From Corallochytrium limacisporum Hawaii (lineage: Eukaryota; Protista; Pluriformea), in NCBI GenBank assembly GCA_002811645.1, contig PDIP01000144.1, forward strand, positions 17,564-50,904: a stretch of 33,341 nt of DNA, written 5' to 3'. Both the position numbers and the translations under genes were made by a program. The notes under the pieces were generated by a model. It worked only from the letters and a program-made list of their open reading frames with translations. It was not told where the DNA came from and did no database searches. This document shows, piece by piece, positions 10,288 to 19,790 of the stretch; the stretch's first letter is position 1, and the number at the start of each line of letters is the position of its first letter.

Positions 10288-11889
10288 ATGTCGGCCGACC
10301 TCCCAAAACGGGCACAGAAATTGGGTGTCGATGTCCTAACCCTGGAGGATGGTGTGCCCTTGGGACCGGAGTGTGGCCTTCACGGCCCTATGCTGCCATT
10401 TCGCGAATGGATCCCGAAGAAAGGTAGAAATGACGATGGTCGTAGTGCTCACTTGAGGGTTAAAAGAGCTAGACTGGATTGTAATGCCGGGGAATTTGCC
10501 ACGTGCCGATACTATTACGGGTGCAGTGCAGATCGGGACCTGAGTGCTGAGAGCGGACGGCACAAGACCCGCGTGTGTCTCAAGGACGGATTGTCTCTGC
10601 TAAATCGCAGTGGCAGGGGTCCTGAGCCGCCGCAGTGGACACTTGGGGAGGCCTTGCCCACCGACTTGTTGGTCCATGTGGCCGCTATCGTCGACGGCAG
10701 TAAAGAAGGTGTCTTTGGCTGGTGTCCTGTGTGCGGTAGAGTGTGTGGTGTGAAAGTAACTCACGGAAAACGGAAGCAAAGCCATTGCCACTGTGAAAGG
10801 TGCCACTCAGGTAAAGTTATTAAACGCCTGGATGCCATGAAAGCGGAGAAAGACCCTTTGGATCTCTACCGACTCGTTGACTACAACACCGATGAAGGAT
10901 CGATGGCGCAGTACATTTGTTCGGATGAGAGTGTCGGGGATATTGTTACAGTCATTGACCATCTGCCCAAGCCGGTGAAGAGGATCTGGTGTGTTGGAAC
11001 CCCTTCAATTCATAGTGCGATCCAGAAATCTGTGCGTGACCACAAGAATGGCTCTCGAGATCTGCAGTCCATCTTGCTGGACCTTGATCCGATCTACGGT
11101 GTCATGTTTCCACCGACATTTGTGCGAATCAACGCAGCAAATGGGTGTGTGTGGATGCCCGCAGTGGAGGACAAGGATGCTGGTGATGGTATGGCGAGAC
11201 TCAAAGCCATGGGGCCGCCGGATCTAGTCGTGGTAGATCCTCCTTTCTCTGCGCCACTGCCGGCCTACGCGGATGGGCTGCGCAAGATCGTTCGGGCGGT
11301 TGAGCATGAGCATGGTCCCGTACAACTGCTCCTGATTTTGCCTGAGTTCCTCTTCGAGAAAGCCAGGGCAGGGTTTGCTGATGACCTTGGCATCGTGGAC
11401 TACCGTGTGACCTACCGAAATCACAAGAAGTACGGCAAAGTGGAACAGACGCCTGTGCGATTGATGTACTCGCCTGATTTTTTGCGCTCGTCAATGTCAT
11501 CATCAGCTTCGTTACCTTCGACACAATCTCCATGGGCGATCTTTCTGCCCCCGGACCGGGACTACGCCCCTTGCAATAAAGGAGACTGTGCTGGTCGGTA
11601 CTATCACCAACGACTTACCCGGCACTGTAGCGGCTGCCGGACCTGCCAACCGCATCATCTCAATCACTGCGACATATGTCAGCGTTGTGTTGCGCCCTCA
11701 AAGCAGCACTGCCGTCACTGTGGAATTTGCGTTCCACCGAAGCACGACTGCGAGACCGTCCAACGCAGTCTGGCACAGCAGGGCCGCTGTCATCGCTGTG
11801 GATCGTCCGACCATCAACGGGCCGCATGTCCCGTCGTTAGAGATGAACTGAAAGGGATTATCGCTTCGGCGTTTGGGGCAAATCAGTGA
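10288..11889 (+). CDS. ZCCHC4: rRNA N6-adenosine methyltransferase ZCCHC4
   Basis: 533-aa ORF with the full ZCCHC4 domain order: GRF-type zinc finger (PECGLHGP...YYGCSA), a second Cys/His finger, AQY, CVGTPSIH, LLDLD, catalytic DPPF, DYRVTYRNH, TPVR, a Cys/His-rich DHHC-like zinc cluster, and a terminal CCHC knuckle CHRCGSSDHQRAAC. GCCGCCATG start context. Confidence 0.92.
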   Translation: MSADLPKRAQKLGVDVLTLEDGVPLGPECGLHGPMLPFREWIPKKGRNDDGRSAHLRVKRARLDCNAGEFATCRYYYGCSADRDLSAESGRHKTRVCLKDGLSLLNRSGRGPEPPQWTLGEALPTDLLVHVAAIVDGSKEGVFGWCPVCGRVCGVKVTHGKRKQSHCHCERCHSGKVIKRLDAMKAEKDPLDLYRLVDYNTDEGSMAQYICSDESVGDIVTVIDHLPKPVKRIWCVGTPSIHSAIQKSVRDHKNGSRDLQSILLDLDPIYGVMFPPTFVRINAANGCVWMPAVEDKDAGDGMARLKAMGPPDLVVVDPPFSAPLPAYADGLRKIVRAVEHEHGPVQLLLILPEFLFEKARAGFADDLGIVDYRVTYRNHKKYGKVEQTPVRLMYSPDFLRSSMSSSASLPSTQSPWAIFLPPDRDYAPCNKGDCAGRYYHQRLTRHCSGCRTCQPHHLNHCDICQRCVAPSKQHCRHCGICVPPKHDCETVQRSLAQQGRCHRCGSSDHQRAACPVVRDELKGIIASAFGANQ

Positions 11890-13272
11890 AGAAAGACTTG
11901 AACATGGACCTCTTGGGTTGTTCATGGAGATGCACATCTTGCCCTTGAGGTTTTCGGATCAAATCACCTCAATACATGACACAGCAGTTTTTCATCTGCC
12001 TGCGCAAAAGGACCTCGGTGCAGGTAACCACCAGCCACGCAAAAGGGCTGTCTTTCACTTGGGGAGAAGGGGAGCCGGCGCTCCCATAGTCAATGGCTCC
12101 AAGTGTCAAACCGTCACTTCCTCCTCCCCCGCTCCCGCTCCCTTTCCTGTGGCCCGTTCTCCCGACCCAGCTTCCCAGCTTTGTTGGCAAGGAAAACTAG
12201 ACCGCACGGCCAGCCAACGCAAGGGAAAAAACCCAGATTCCCATTAAACAGAGTGATGCCTGTCACATGGTCCTTATGCTGTAACCTTTTCTGTGACGGC
12301 TTCTACGGTGATTTTTCTAAGAAAATTTCCCGATTTTGCTGTCTCCCAGTATTCAATGGCCCCCCCGCCCGGGTGGGGGGCCGGCGCGAAAACTGCGGTA
12401 GATCTCTTGTGGGCTGGAAAGTAACTCGCCCGAGTTTTCAGTCCGGTTTCGACGGGTATGGCTGGCACAGAAGGAAGGCACGGCCACAAGGCACAAGGCT
12501 AGAGACGAGATTATCGATTTGGTCCCCCCCCTCCCTTCCTTCTTCTTCTTCTTTCATTCCCGTGTGTGCCGTATAGTAAGTACATAACCCGATTGTGTCC
12601 ATGCGCTACCAATACGGGTATCTCCAGGCGGGTGTTCCCGAAATCCAAAGAAGACTTCTCAAAGCCTGACCATGATCCCTCCCGGCTTGGACACTCCGGG
12701 TTGTCGGGCGGTAAGGTTCGTTAAGTATCAAAGGGGCTGGTATGTTCAGTATCCAAGTCCATCCCAGTTGGTCTGCAGAATCGTTCCACCACCAACGTAG
12801 CTGGCCCTGAATTCACAATCAAACCCCGGGTTGGTGACCGGTGGCCCCTGGAAAAACCCGTTATAAGATCCTGTTGGGAGGCCAACTATTGCGAATAGGT
12901 CGTGATATTGATGAATAGAGGTAGTGTATAATAAGTACATATCAAATTCCTGAATCCTTGTATAACAAAAGGTTTGTTGCGTATCCCGAGAAAGAAAGGG
13001 CGAAGGTATCAAACGACGAAGGTCAAGGCACCAGTCCTCGCGCTGTCGTGTACCTGGCACAGTGTCTCCCTTTGCCGCACCAAAGCGGCAGAAAAATGGG
13101 AGCCAGCAAGCCAGAACCGACAAAGTAGAACAGATAAGAGCCGCACGAACGGTGCGAGTAAGGGTGAAACGCCCCCGATCAAAAAAGAAAAAAATGCAAC
13201 AAGAAACCCAAAACAATGGCACCCAGGATATCTACAGGGCCCGGGACAGTCGTCAACTCTCTCCCTATCTAG

Positions 13273-13292
13273 CTCTCTCTCTCTCTCTCTCT
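13273..13292. repeat. (CT)10 microsatellite followed by a G-tract
   Basis: Directly visible; G-rich run at 13298-13311. Confidence 0.9.
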
Positions 13293-13855
13293 ACAAAGGG
13301 GGGGGGAGGGGACCGTTGAGAGAGATCAAGGGGTAGAGACACTTGGGATGAAGGCGGGGGGAAAGGGATAAGAACAGCGGTCCAGGCGATACGGAGGACA
13401 TGAGGAAGCGATAAGGAGCCAGCGACCGACGTGAGGCCCAAGGAAAGGGAAGGGGGAGATGGACACGACGGTGAGTAACAACCCAACCCCGCACATGAAT
13501 ACGCAAAAGGACAACTTGAGTCAAGAAGATTCAGTACATTTAATACTGAATACGTGCCATGATGGTCGCGGTTTGGACATCTGATGGGTTTTAGCTCCGC
13601 CAATTTCAACGAAAAATTACGATTTCTGCGCAGGTACTGCCCTGCTCCTGGCGATGCTGAGAGTGAGTTCAGTAGCACTCACACGGCACAGCCCCCCCCC
13701 TTGTCCGCTCGGGATCGAGAAAAACAATAGCGGCCCCCCTTCTCTTCTCCCGCTCTTTTTAACGGGTGTCGGCGGGTGCGCATGTAAGAATCGAGCGAGT
13801 GCGGAGGAGCAGCGGGGGAGGGCGGAGTGAGCTGAGGGTGATACCCACAAAAGGC

Positions 13856-13946
13856 ACAGAGAGAGAGATAGGGAGGGAGACAGAGAGAGAGAGAGAGATA
13901 GGGAGGGAGACAGAGAGAGAGTGAGGGAGGGAGACAGAGAGAGATA
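13856..13946. repeat. GA-rich minisatellite, about 3.5 copies of ACAGA(GA)nTAGGGAGGGAG
   Basis: GGGAGGGAGACAGAGAGAGA occurs three times with variable (GA)n length. Confidence 0.88.
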
Positions 13947-14778
13947 TGAATTGTGGAAGAAAAAGAAAGAGCAGGGAAGGAGGGGGGAGAGGGAGGAGAG
14001 AAGAAGGTGCGGCGTAGGTAGAGGACCAGGAACCGGATCGGCGGTAGTAGGGGAGAGAGCGGCCTGCGTGCATTGAATCTTGCAGTTTGCAAAGAAAAGC
14101 GGGGGGGGGGGTGTTGTCTTATGACACACACGGGGTGTGATGAGTACGAGTGTAGAATGAATGGCTGCCGCTGCCCTGCTTGTGTCCCTCTTCACGCTTC
14201 GTCGTCGTGCCCTGGGGGGTATGAGCTCGTAGGAGGACGAGCGGGGCAGAAGGGTCTCAACCCGGTTGATACCGCACCAAGAAGATCGGGCCATCCCAAG
14301 GGACAAACCCGGTTCAAACACCGGCCCGGCCAGTGGAGACGGCTACGAACGAACATTGGCGACTGTCCGTGGAGATGTTTAGCCTCGATACGGAAACCCT
14401 GTGGAGATGGGTTATGTGCGCCTGAGTAATTTGTTATAGCTTCGTTACCAGATGATTCTCGGATCGGCTTCCTGGGGTTGGTATTTAGTCCTCGACACTT
14501 TGATGTATATGCCGCAAATCTCGTGACTGTTATTCGACAGAAACGATTGTCGAGTTTGCGACCGGGCCTGATCACGAAAACAGACAGTGTAAAGGGACAG
14601 CGTGACCGCAAACCGAACAGTACGACGAAGAGAAAAGGTCATCCTCCGAACGACTGAAGCGACGATGATGTTCTACGTTGTGTAGATTCTAACTGGGACC
14701 GTCTTCTGATTAGCGCGAGGGAAGACCAAGGAAACACACAAAAACACACACGCATAGTATACAGGTACACACATCACC

Positions 14779-17700
14779 ATGACAGGACCGCGAAGGAGTC
14801 CCACCGCGAACGCCACGAAGAAAACGATCTTCGGACTCCGGAAACGATGGGCGAAGAGGGCAAGCATGAGAGAACCGTTCCAGCTCCTGGATGAGGGCGA
14901 AGATGATTTATTGGCAGCCTCCATGGGTCGGTCACTTACCAATGCAACGCATGCTAATCTGATTGACGAGGACAAAAGTGTAGCAAGTTCAACAGAGTCT
15001 CCAATATCGCAGATCCGGGCGAGCTACAGGAAGAGTAGAACTCTACTTGATGAAGACAGCCATATCACCCGTTCTAGCCTGTCTAAACCAATGCAGCAGC
15101 AGCAACACATACGCCCAGAGGTAAGTTTCAGTCTCGGGGACGAATTCGCGTCGTTCATGGAAGGTTTTAACATGAACAAGCCAGTGACCAGGGGAGTTCT
15201 GGACGATCGCAAGGTACATTCCATAGTTCAACGCACACTTGCTTCCATGCAGAACTCCTCCCTCGGAGAAAGGATTGGCAAAGTGGTGGCACACCTTCCT
15301 GCGGTTATGTCCGAACTGACCAGCTTCACCATTCCCAAGCACTATCAAAGCAAATTGTTCTGGAGTCTCGAGCACAAGCGACGGAGACCGACGGCCATTT
15401 TATTCTGGGTGTTAATGCTCATCATCTTAGCCCTGCAAGCGGCAGCTTTTGTGTATGGAAAGTACGACCGAAACTATAAGCACACGCAGCACTCCTCGTG
15501 GATCGATGAACTGATGTCACGGGACGGATATAGCATCTTCGGATGGAAGTATGTAGACGCAGACATCTACATGCCAGTTGGAGTGCGGGTTTACATGATG
15601 ATTCCGACCTGTCTCGTGGGCTTGTGGCTAGCACTGCAGGAGAACTTCCGCGACAAACACCAGCGAAGAAGAACGCGGCGTTTGATGGAAGTGGCACTTT
15701 GGGTACTGTTGGGTGGTCATACGGCTTGCTATGTCTGGAGTCCTCTGCCCGTATTCATTGAGGAAATCACTCTCACATGCACGTACATCGGCATTGTTTT
15801 TATGTTGCCCATTCCCACGAAACAGGTCTTTGAAATGACAGTGATCAATGGCTTGATTTCGTTCTGGTTCTTTCAACGGGCGGCTGGAGAGAGCATTGTC
15901 GAATGTATCTTGCAAGTTGTGGCTACCATTTACATTCCTCTCACTGTGACCATGCTAGAAGTTATATTGCGAAAGGATCGGTCTACGCTGTTCCTGCAAC
16001 AGATGGAACTCATGGACCAGGCAGAGACTAGTGCTCACGTACTGGCTAGTTCTCTTCCGTTACAGATGATCGATGATGCTCTGGAGGGCAACCTGAAGCT
16101 ACGCCACGTAGACAACGCCGTGGTGTGCAGTGGAGACATTTGCAACTTTACACAGTTGAGTTCTCTGGTTAGCCCGGGAGAGCTGCTTGCGGTATTGGAT
16201 AGCGTGTTTGTGGAACTCGATCGGATTGCCGCAAAGCGGGATCTCGAGAAAATCAAGACCTTAGGTGATGCCTACATCTGTGCGGGCGGCATATTCGGTA
16301 AAGATGACGTCGAGAAGGATGTCAACAGAGACGAGAAGCAGAGAAAGCTCCGCAAGACCAGCTATGCTGGTTCTTCGCCAGGTGACAAAACCTCATTTGC
16401 TGCTAAGCGCCGCCAAACGACCCCTGATGGAGGTCTGAGCGTGAAAAATGTGGATACCTACCGCGAGGATCCTGTGTACCAAGTCTGTGCCTTTGCCATC
16501 GAGGCCATTGAGTCCTTGAAAAATCGCACACTTGCGGGCAACGAGATCGAGATGCGCGTAGGCATTGACATGGGCAACGTTCGCTTTGGTATTGTGGGTA
16601 CCGGAAAGTGGAGTTTCGATCTCTGGGGCCCTGCCTACGACGGGGCTTTGGAGCTTGAGTCCTCCAGCGCCACCAACACAATTCACGTCAGTGAACGCGT
16701 TGCCACCCACATCATGGGCCTGAGCAGTGTTGTGGCCAACCGGTTTGTGTTCCAAAAGGGTATGCTGGACAGTTCCTTCTTCATGAGTAAACCGGGAGAT
16801 GAACAAAACCTGACGTGGAATCGAGTAACCCAGAAACGTAAACAGAGCCGGGCCAATCTGGTTCCGAAGGTAACCCGTCCATCCTTGACTCCAATTTCGG
16901 GACCAATCGCCGAGGACGACAGGGAATTTGCGCAACGTAAGGACAGTTTGGGCCAGATTAGTCAGATCAGCACTGGTAGCCAGGAATCTGGCTACAGGAG
17001 CTCTGGAGTCCGCAATACTGTAACTTCAACTGGCCTGAAAACCAGTTTTGGCAGTATCATGAGCTCGGAGAATGATGCCAGCAACAGTCTCCTTCAGAGG
17101 AATTTTTCTGCCGATGATACGAGTAGTCAAACGTCGGGAAGTATCGATTTGGAGACATACAACCAAGAAGATGTTCGTGGTGCGTTGTTCAACGCCGTGC
17201 GTTATGATTTCATCCAGGCCATGCTGAGCCCGGAAGAAGGGGAGTTTGAAAGCATCCACAGATCCTTCCGCAAGACCTTCAGTCTGGACTCTGACTCCGA
17301 GTCCGGATCGTCCCGGCATGGAACCGACAAAGTGGCCCCGGTGTCGAATCCATTTACATCTGTGGACGACACGTCGACAAAGTGTTCGCGGCGCAACAGT
17401 GTCCTTCCCCAACTGCTCGGCGGCGGTACGATTCGGCAGACATCGAGTCAGTTGGACAGGGACGAAGGAAACGAATGGATGGCAATGGTTGGTGATGTCG
17501 CCATCCCGCAGCGTAAGACCTCGGAAAGGAGTGATGACTCTTTGAGCACAGGAGTACGGGGGTTGTCCCTCAAGGGCCGTAGGGGCAGCATAGGGAATGC
17601 ACTGTCACGCATCGAAACCACTATCAGTGAGGAATCTGCCGAATCTGACAGCGGTCTCGGCATAACCGGGGAACTCGGTGGAGCGGATTTTGCCTCCGAC

Positions 17701-19434
17701 GAGGCCAAGGAGCGAGTCAACGACACAACAAACAGTCTGGCTTCGTCAAGCGCCAGAGCGAGCAGCAAGAGGAGTGTGAGCCCCAGCAGCGCTACAAATG
17801 GTGGCTCTCCTGGCGGCCATGGTGGAATGGCGATTGCTGCTGCCAAAGCCGCCCGTGACGAGGACGAAGGTCTGATGGTGAAGCGCAGTAGTTTTGATCG
17901 TCGTCGATATGGTAGAAACTCCGGAAATTTGTCTTATCGCAACAGCATGAACCTGGACAACGGCAGCAACGGTCTCGGACTCTTAGAGAGCGAAAGCCGC
18001 GGCCACAGTGATGTGAGCGACCTGCACGGGTTTCAACGGCGTTCCGGACCATTTTATCCACATTTTGTTCGCGTTGACGAGGCCGTTGCGTCTCTGGTGG
18101 AAATGCAAAATCCGACTAACCTCACCGGCCGTGTCCAGCACATTCCCAAGTCTCTGGAGAAGGAGTACATCACCTACATCAAGCAGTCCAAGGCGGTCAT
18201 GCTGACCGTCGCGCCGGTTCTGACAGCACTTAATGTCTGCTGTCTGCCCCTTATATTCCTGAAAATGACCACAGCCGATATCCCTGCCTTTATCTGCTAC
18301 TGCCTCGCCGCTCTGTCCGCGGTAATCGGAGCCAAATCCAGTGATAACATCAATTGGGCCATGTACGGATACGAGTCTAGCACGCTCTGGTTCATAGTTG
18401 GTCTGTTTCTTGTCGACTCCCAGTCCATTCTAACCCTGCTGGCGTCTACCATCGCCGTGGCAAACATGGTTGGACTGATGATCGTCAATCCGTACTGGCG
18501 GTCACGCGTCTGCGTGGTGTTTGCACAGCTCCTCTCTGGCTGTGGCGTTGTCTTGTACAAGTACTACCATGTTGACCACCGCGTGAGTACCATTCTGCTC
18601 ACCACATATATTAGCAACGCCATTGTTTGCTGTGCAGTGATTGTCCAACAGGTTATGCTCTGGCGCGAGACTTTCATGTACGAACGCCATGTGAAAGGAC
18701 GACAGAATCGCAATCTTGCCCTGCTCACCAACATTCTACCGCAGGTCGTGGCTGAGGAGATGATGGGAGTCATCAGTGCTGTCCGCAGTGGTGAGAATTT
18801 CCGCAACATTGCCCATCGCTACAAGAACGCTGGCATTCTCTTTGTTTCCATACCTAATTACGACGAAATCACACAAGGGTTAAGTGATGCAGACGTGCTT
18901 GAGCTCATTAACTGCAGCCTGGCCATCGTCGACGAGACGTGTGTGCGGTATGGGGTAGAGCGCATTAAGACGATGAGAGAGAAGATTATGATTGCCGTGG
19001 GATTGCCGGAGGAACTAGACCGACGCTCTGCTCTTATCAAGACCATGGCCGTCGCAGCCGACATTCTTGACAACTTTCACACTTCTACGTTCCGCTTTTC
19101 ACACCTTGACCTCATCCAGGAACCACGCGTGTCCATTGGGCTCAACTTCGGACCTGTAGTGGCAGGAGTGATTGGGCGACAGAAGTTTGCGTACGATGTC
19201 TGGAGCGACTGTGTCAATGTTGCAGCGCGGATGGCCGCAATTGCGGGCATGTCAAAGGGGTATCGTCTTGCTGTGCCTGACCTTATATACGTCGAGTACG
19301 AGAATTGTCTGCACCGAATCACGGAACTGGAGCCGAAAGATGATCCTATGGACCAGTTTGATGTGTCGGGACCCTACTACTACGATGTCAAGGGTAAGGG
19401 CAACATGTCGGTGACAATGATCACAGCTGAGTAG
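14779..19434 (+). CDS. Transmembrane class III adenylyl cyclase, animal-type M1-C1-M2-C2 architecture
   Basis: 1551-aa ORF with two multi-TM blocks, each followed by a cyclase domain. C1 has both metal-binding Asp (SGDICNFT, IKTLGDAY) and MRVGI..G....GIVG..KWSFDLWG. C2 has the ATP-specifying Lys (RIKT) and Asp (YDVW), the transition-state Asn/Arg (NVAARM) and VKGKG. Confidence 0.9.
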   Translation: MTGPRRSPTANATKKTIFGLRKRWAKRASMREPFQLLDEGEDDLLAASMGRSLTNATHANLIDEDKSVASSTESPISQIRASYRKSRTLLDEDSHITRSSLSKPMQQQQHIRPEVSFSLGDEFASFMEGFNMNKPVTRGVLDDRKVHSIVQRTLASMQNSSLGERIGKVVAHLPAVMSELTSFTIPKHYQSKLFWSLEHKRRRPTAILFWVLMLIILALQAAAFVYGKYDRNYKHTQHSSWIDELMSRDGYSIFGWKYVDADIYMPVGVRVYMMIPTCLVGLWLALQENFRDKHQRRRTRRLMEVALWVLLGGHTACYVWSPLPVFIEEITLTCTYIGIVFMLPIPTKQVFEMTVINGLISFWFFQRAAGESIVECILQVVATIYIPLTVTMLEVILRKDRSTLFLQQMELMDQAETSAHVLASSLPLQMIDDALEGNLKLRHVDNAVVCSGDICNFTQLSSLVSPGELLAVLDSVFVELDRIAAKRDLEKIKTLGDAYICAGGIFGKDDVEKDVNRDEKQRKLRKTSYAGSSPGDKTSFAAKRRQTTPDGGLSVKNVDTYREDPVYQVCAFAIEAIESLKNRTLAGNEIEMRVGIDMGNVRFGIVGTGKWSFDLWGPAYDGALELESSSATNTIHVSERVATHIMGLSSVVANRFVFQKGMLDSSFFMSKPGDEQNLTWNRVTQKRKQSRANLVPKVTRPSLTPISGPIAEDDREFAQRKDSLGQISQISTGSQESGYRSSGVRNTVTSTGLKTSFGSIMSSENDASNSLLQRNFSADDTSSQTSGSIDLETYNQEDVRGALFNAVRYDFIQAMLSPEEGEFESIHRSFRKTFSLDSDSESGSSRHGTDKVAPVSNPFTSVDDTSTKCSRRNSVLPQLLGGGTIRQTSSQLDRDEGNEWMAMVGDVAIPQRKTSERSDDSLSTGVRGLSLKGRRGSIGNALSRIETTISEESAESDSGLGITGELGGADFASDEAKERVNDTTNSLASSSARASSKRSVSPSSATNGGSPGGHGGMAIAAAKAARDEDEGLMVKRSSFDRRRYGRNSGNLSYRNSMNLDNGSNGLGLLESESRGHSDVSDLHGFQRRSGPFYPHFVRVDEAVASLVEMQNPTNLTGRVQHIPKSLEKEYITYIKQSKAVMLTVAPVLTALNVCCLPLIFLKMTTADIPAFICYCLAALSAVIGAKSSDNINWAMYGYESSTLWFIVGLFLVDSQSILTLLASTIAVANMVGLMIVNPYWRSRVCVVFAQLLSGCGVVLYKYYHVDHRVSTILLTTYISNAIVCCAVIVQQVMLWRETFMYERHVKGRQNRNLALLTNILPQVVAEEMMGVISAVRSGENFRNIAHRYKNAGILFVSIPNYDEITQGLSDADVLELINCSLAIVDETCVRYGVERIKTMREKIMIAVGLPEELDRRSALIKTMAVAADILDNFHTSTFRFSHLDLIQEPRVSIGLNFGPVVAGVIGRQKFAYDVWSDCVNVAARMAAIAGMSKGYRLAVPDLIYVEYENCLHRITELEPKDDPMDQFDVSGPYYYDVKGKGNMSVTMITAE

Positions 19435-19790
19435 ACAATGAACAGTGTCCAGATAGTAACCCGAGAGACCGGAATAACCACGAGTGGAGAATGAATGAAC
19501 TGTATAGTCGGAGGTTGGAACCATATTTTTCTTCTGTTTTCGACAGTGTTTGTATTTGTATTTGTTTTATGTGTTAAAATGATTGTGGTAGTGCGTCCTT
19601 CTTTTTTTTTTTGGTGATTTTGTTTTTTAGTTTGGGATGATGCCATATTCGAAGGACGAAGAATGAGAAAAACAAAAGGATGATTGAATGACATGAAATG
19701 GAAAGAAACTTGAAGATGTTTGAGTTCATGCTTGTAGGTTGGTGATTCCCTTTTGCGTGTGCACCGTATGGCGATTGCCATAGCCTGGCT

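Noticed and set aside
13856-13946. Repeat-spacer-like pattern (CRISPR?)
   Set aside because: Intervening sequence is variable (GA)n rather than unique spacers; eukaryotic context and no cas genes.
13617-14321. 234-aa minus-strand ORF and overlapping ORFs
   Set aside because: Open only because they cross the GA/CT minisatellite; low-complexity translation.
14664-14710. C/D-box-like ATGATGT ... CTGA upstream of the cyclase
   Set aside because: Imperfect C box, too short for a snoRNA, no convincing terminal stem or recognisable guide.
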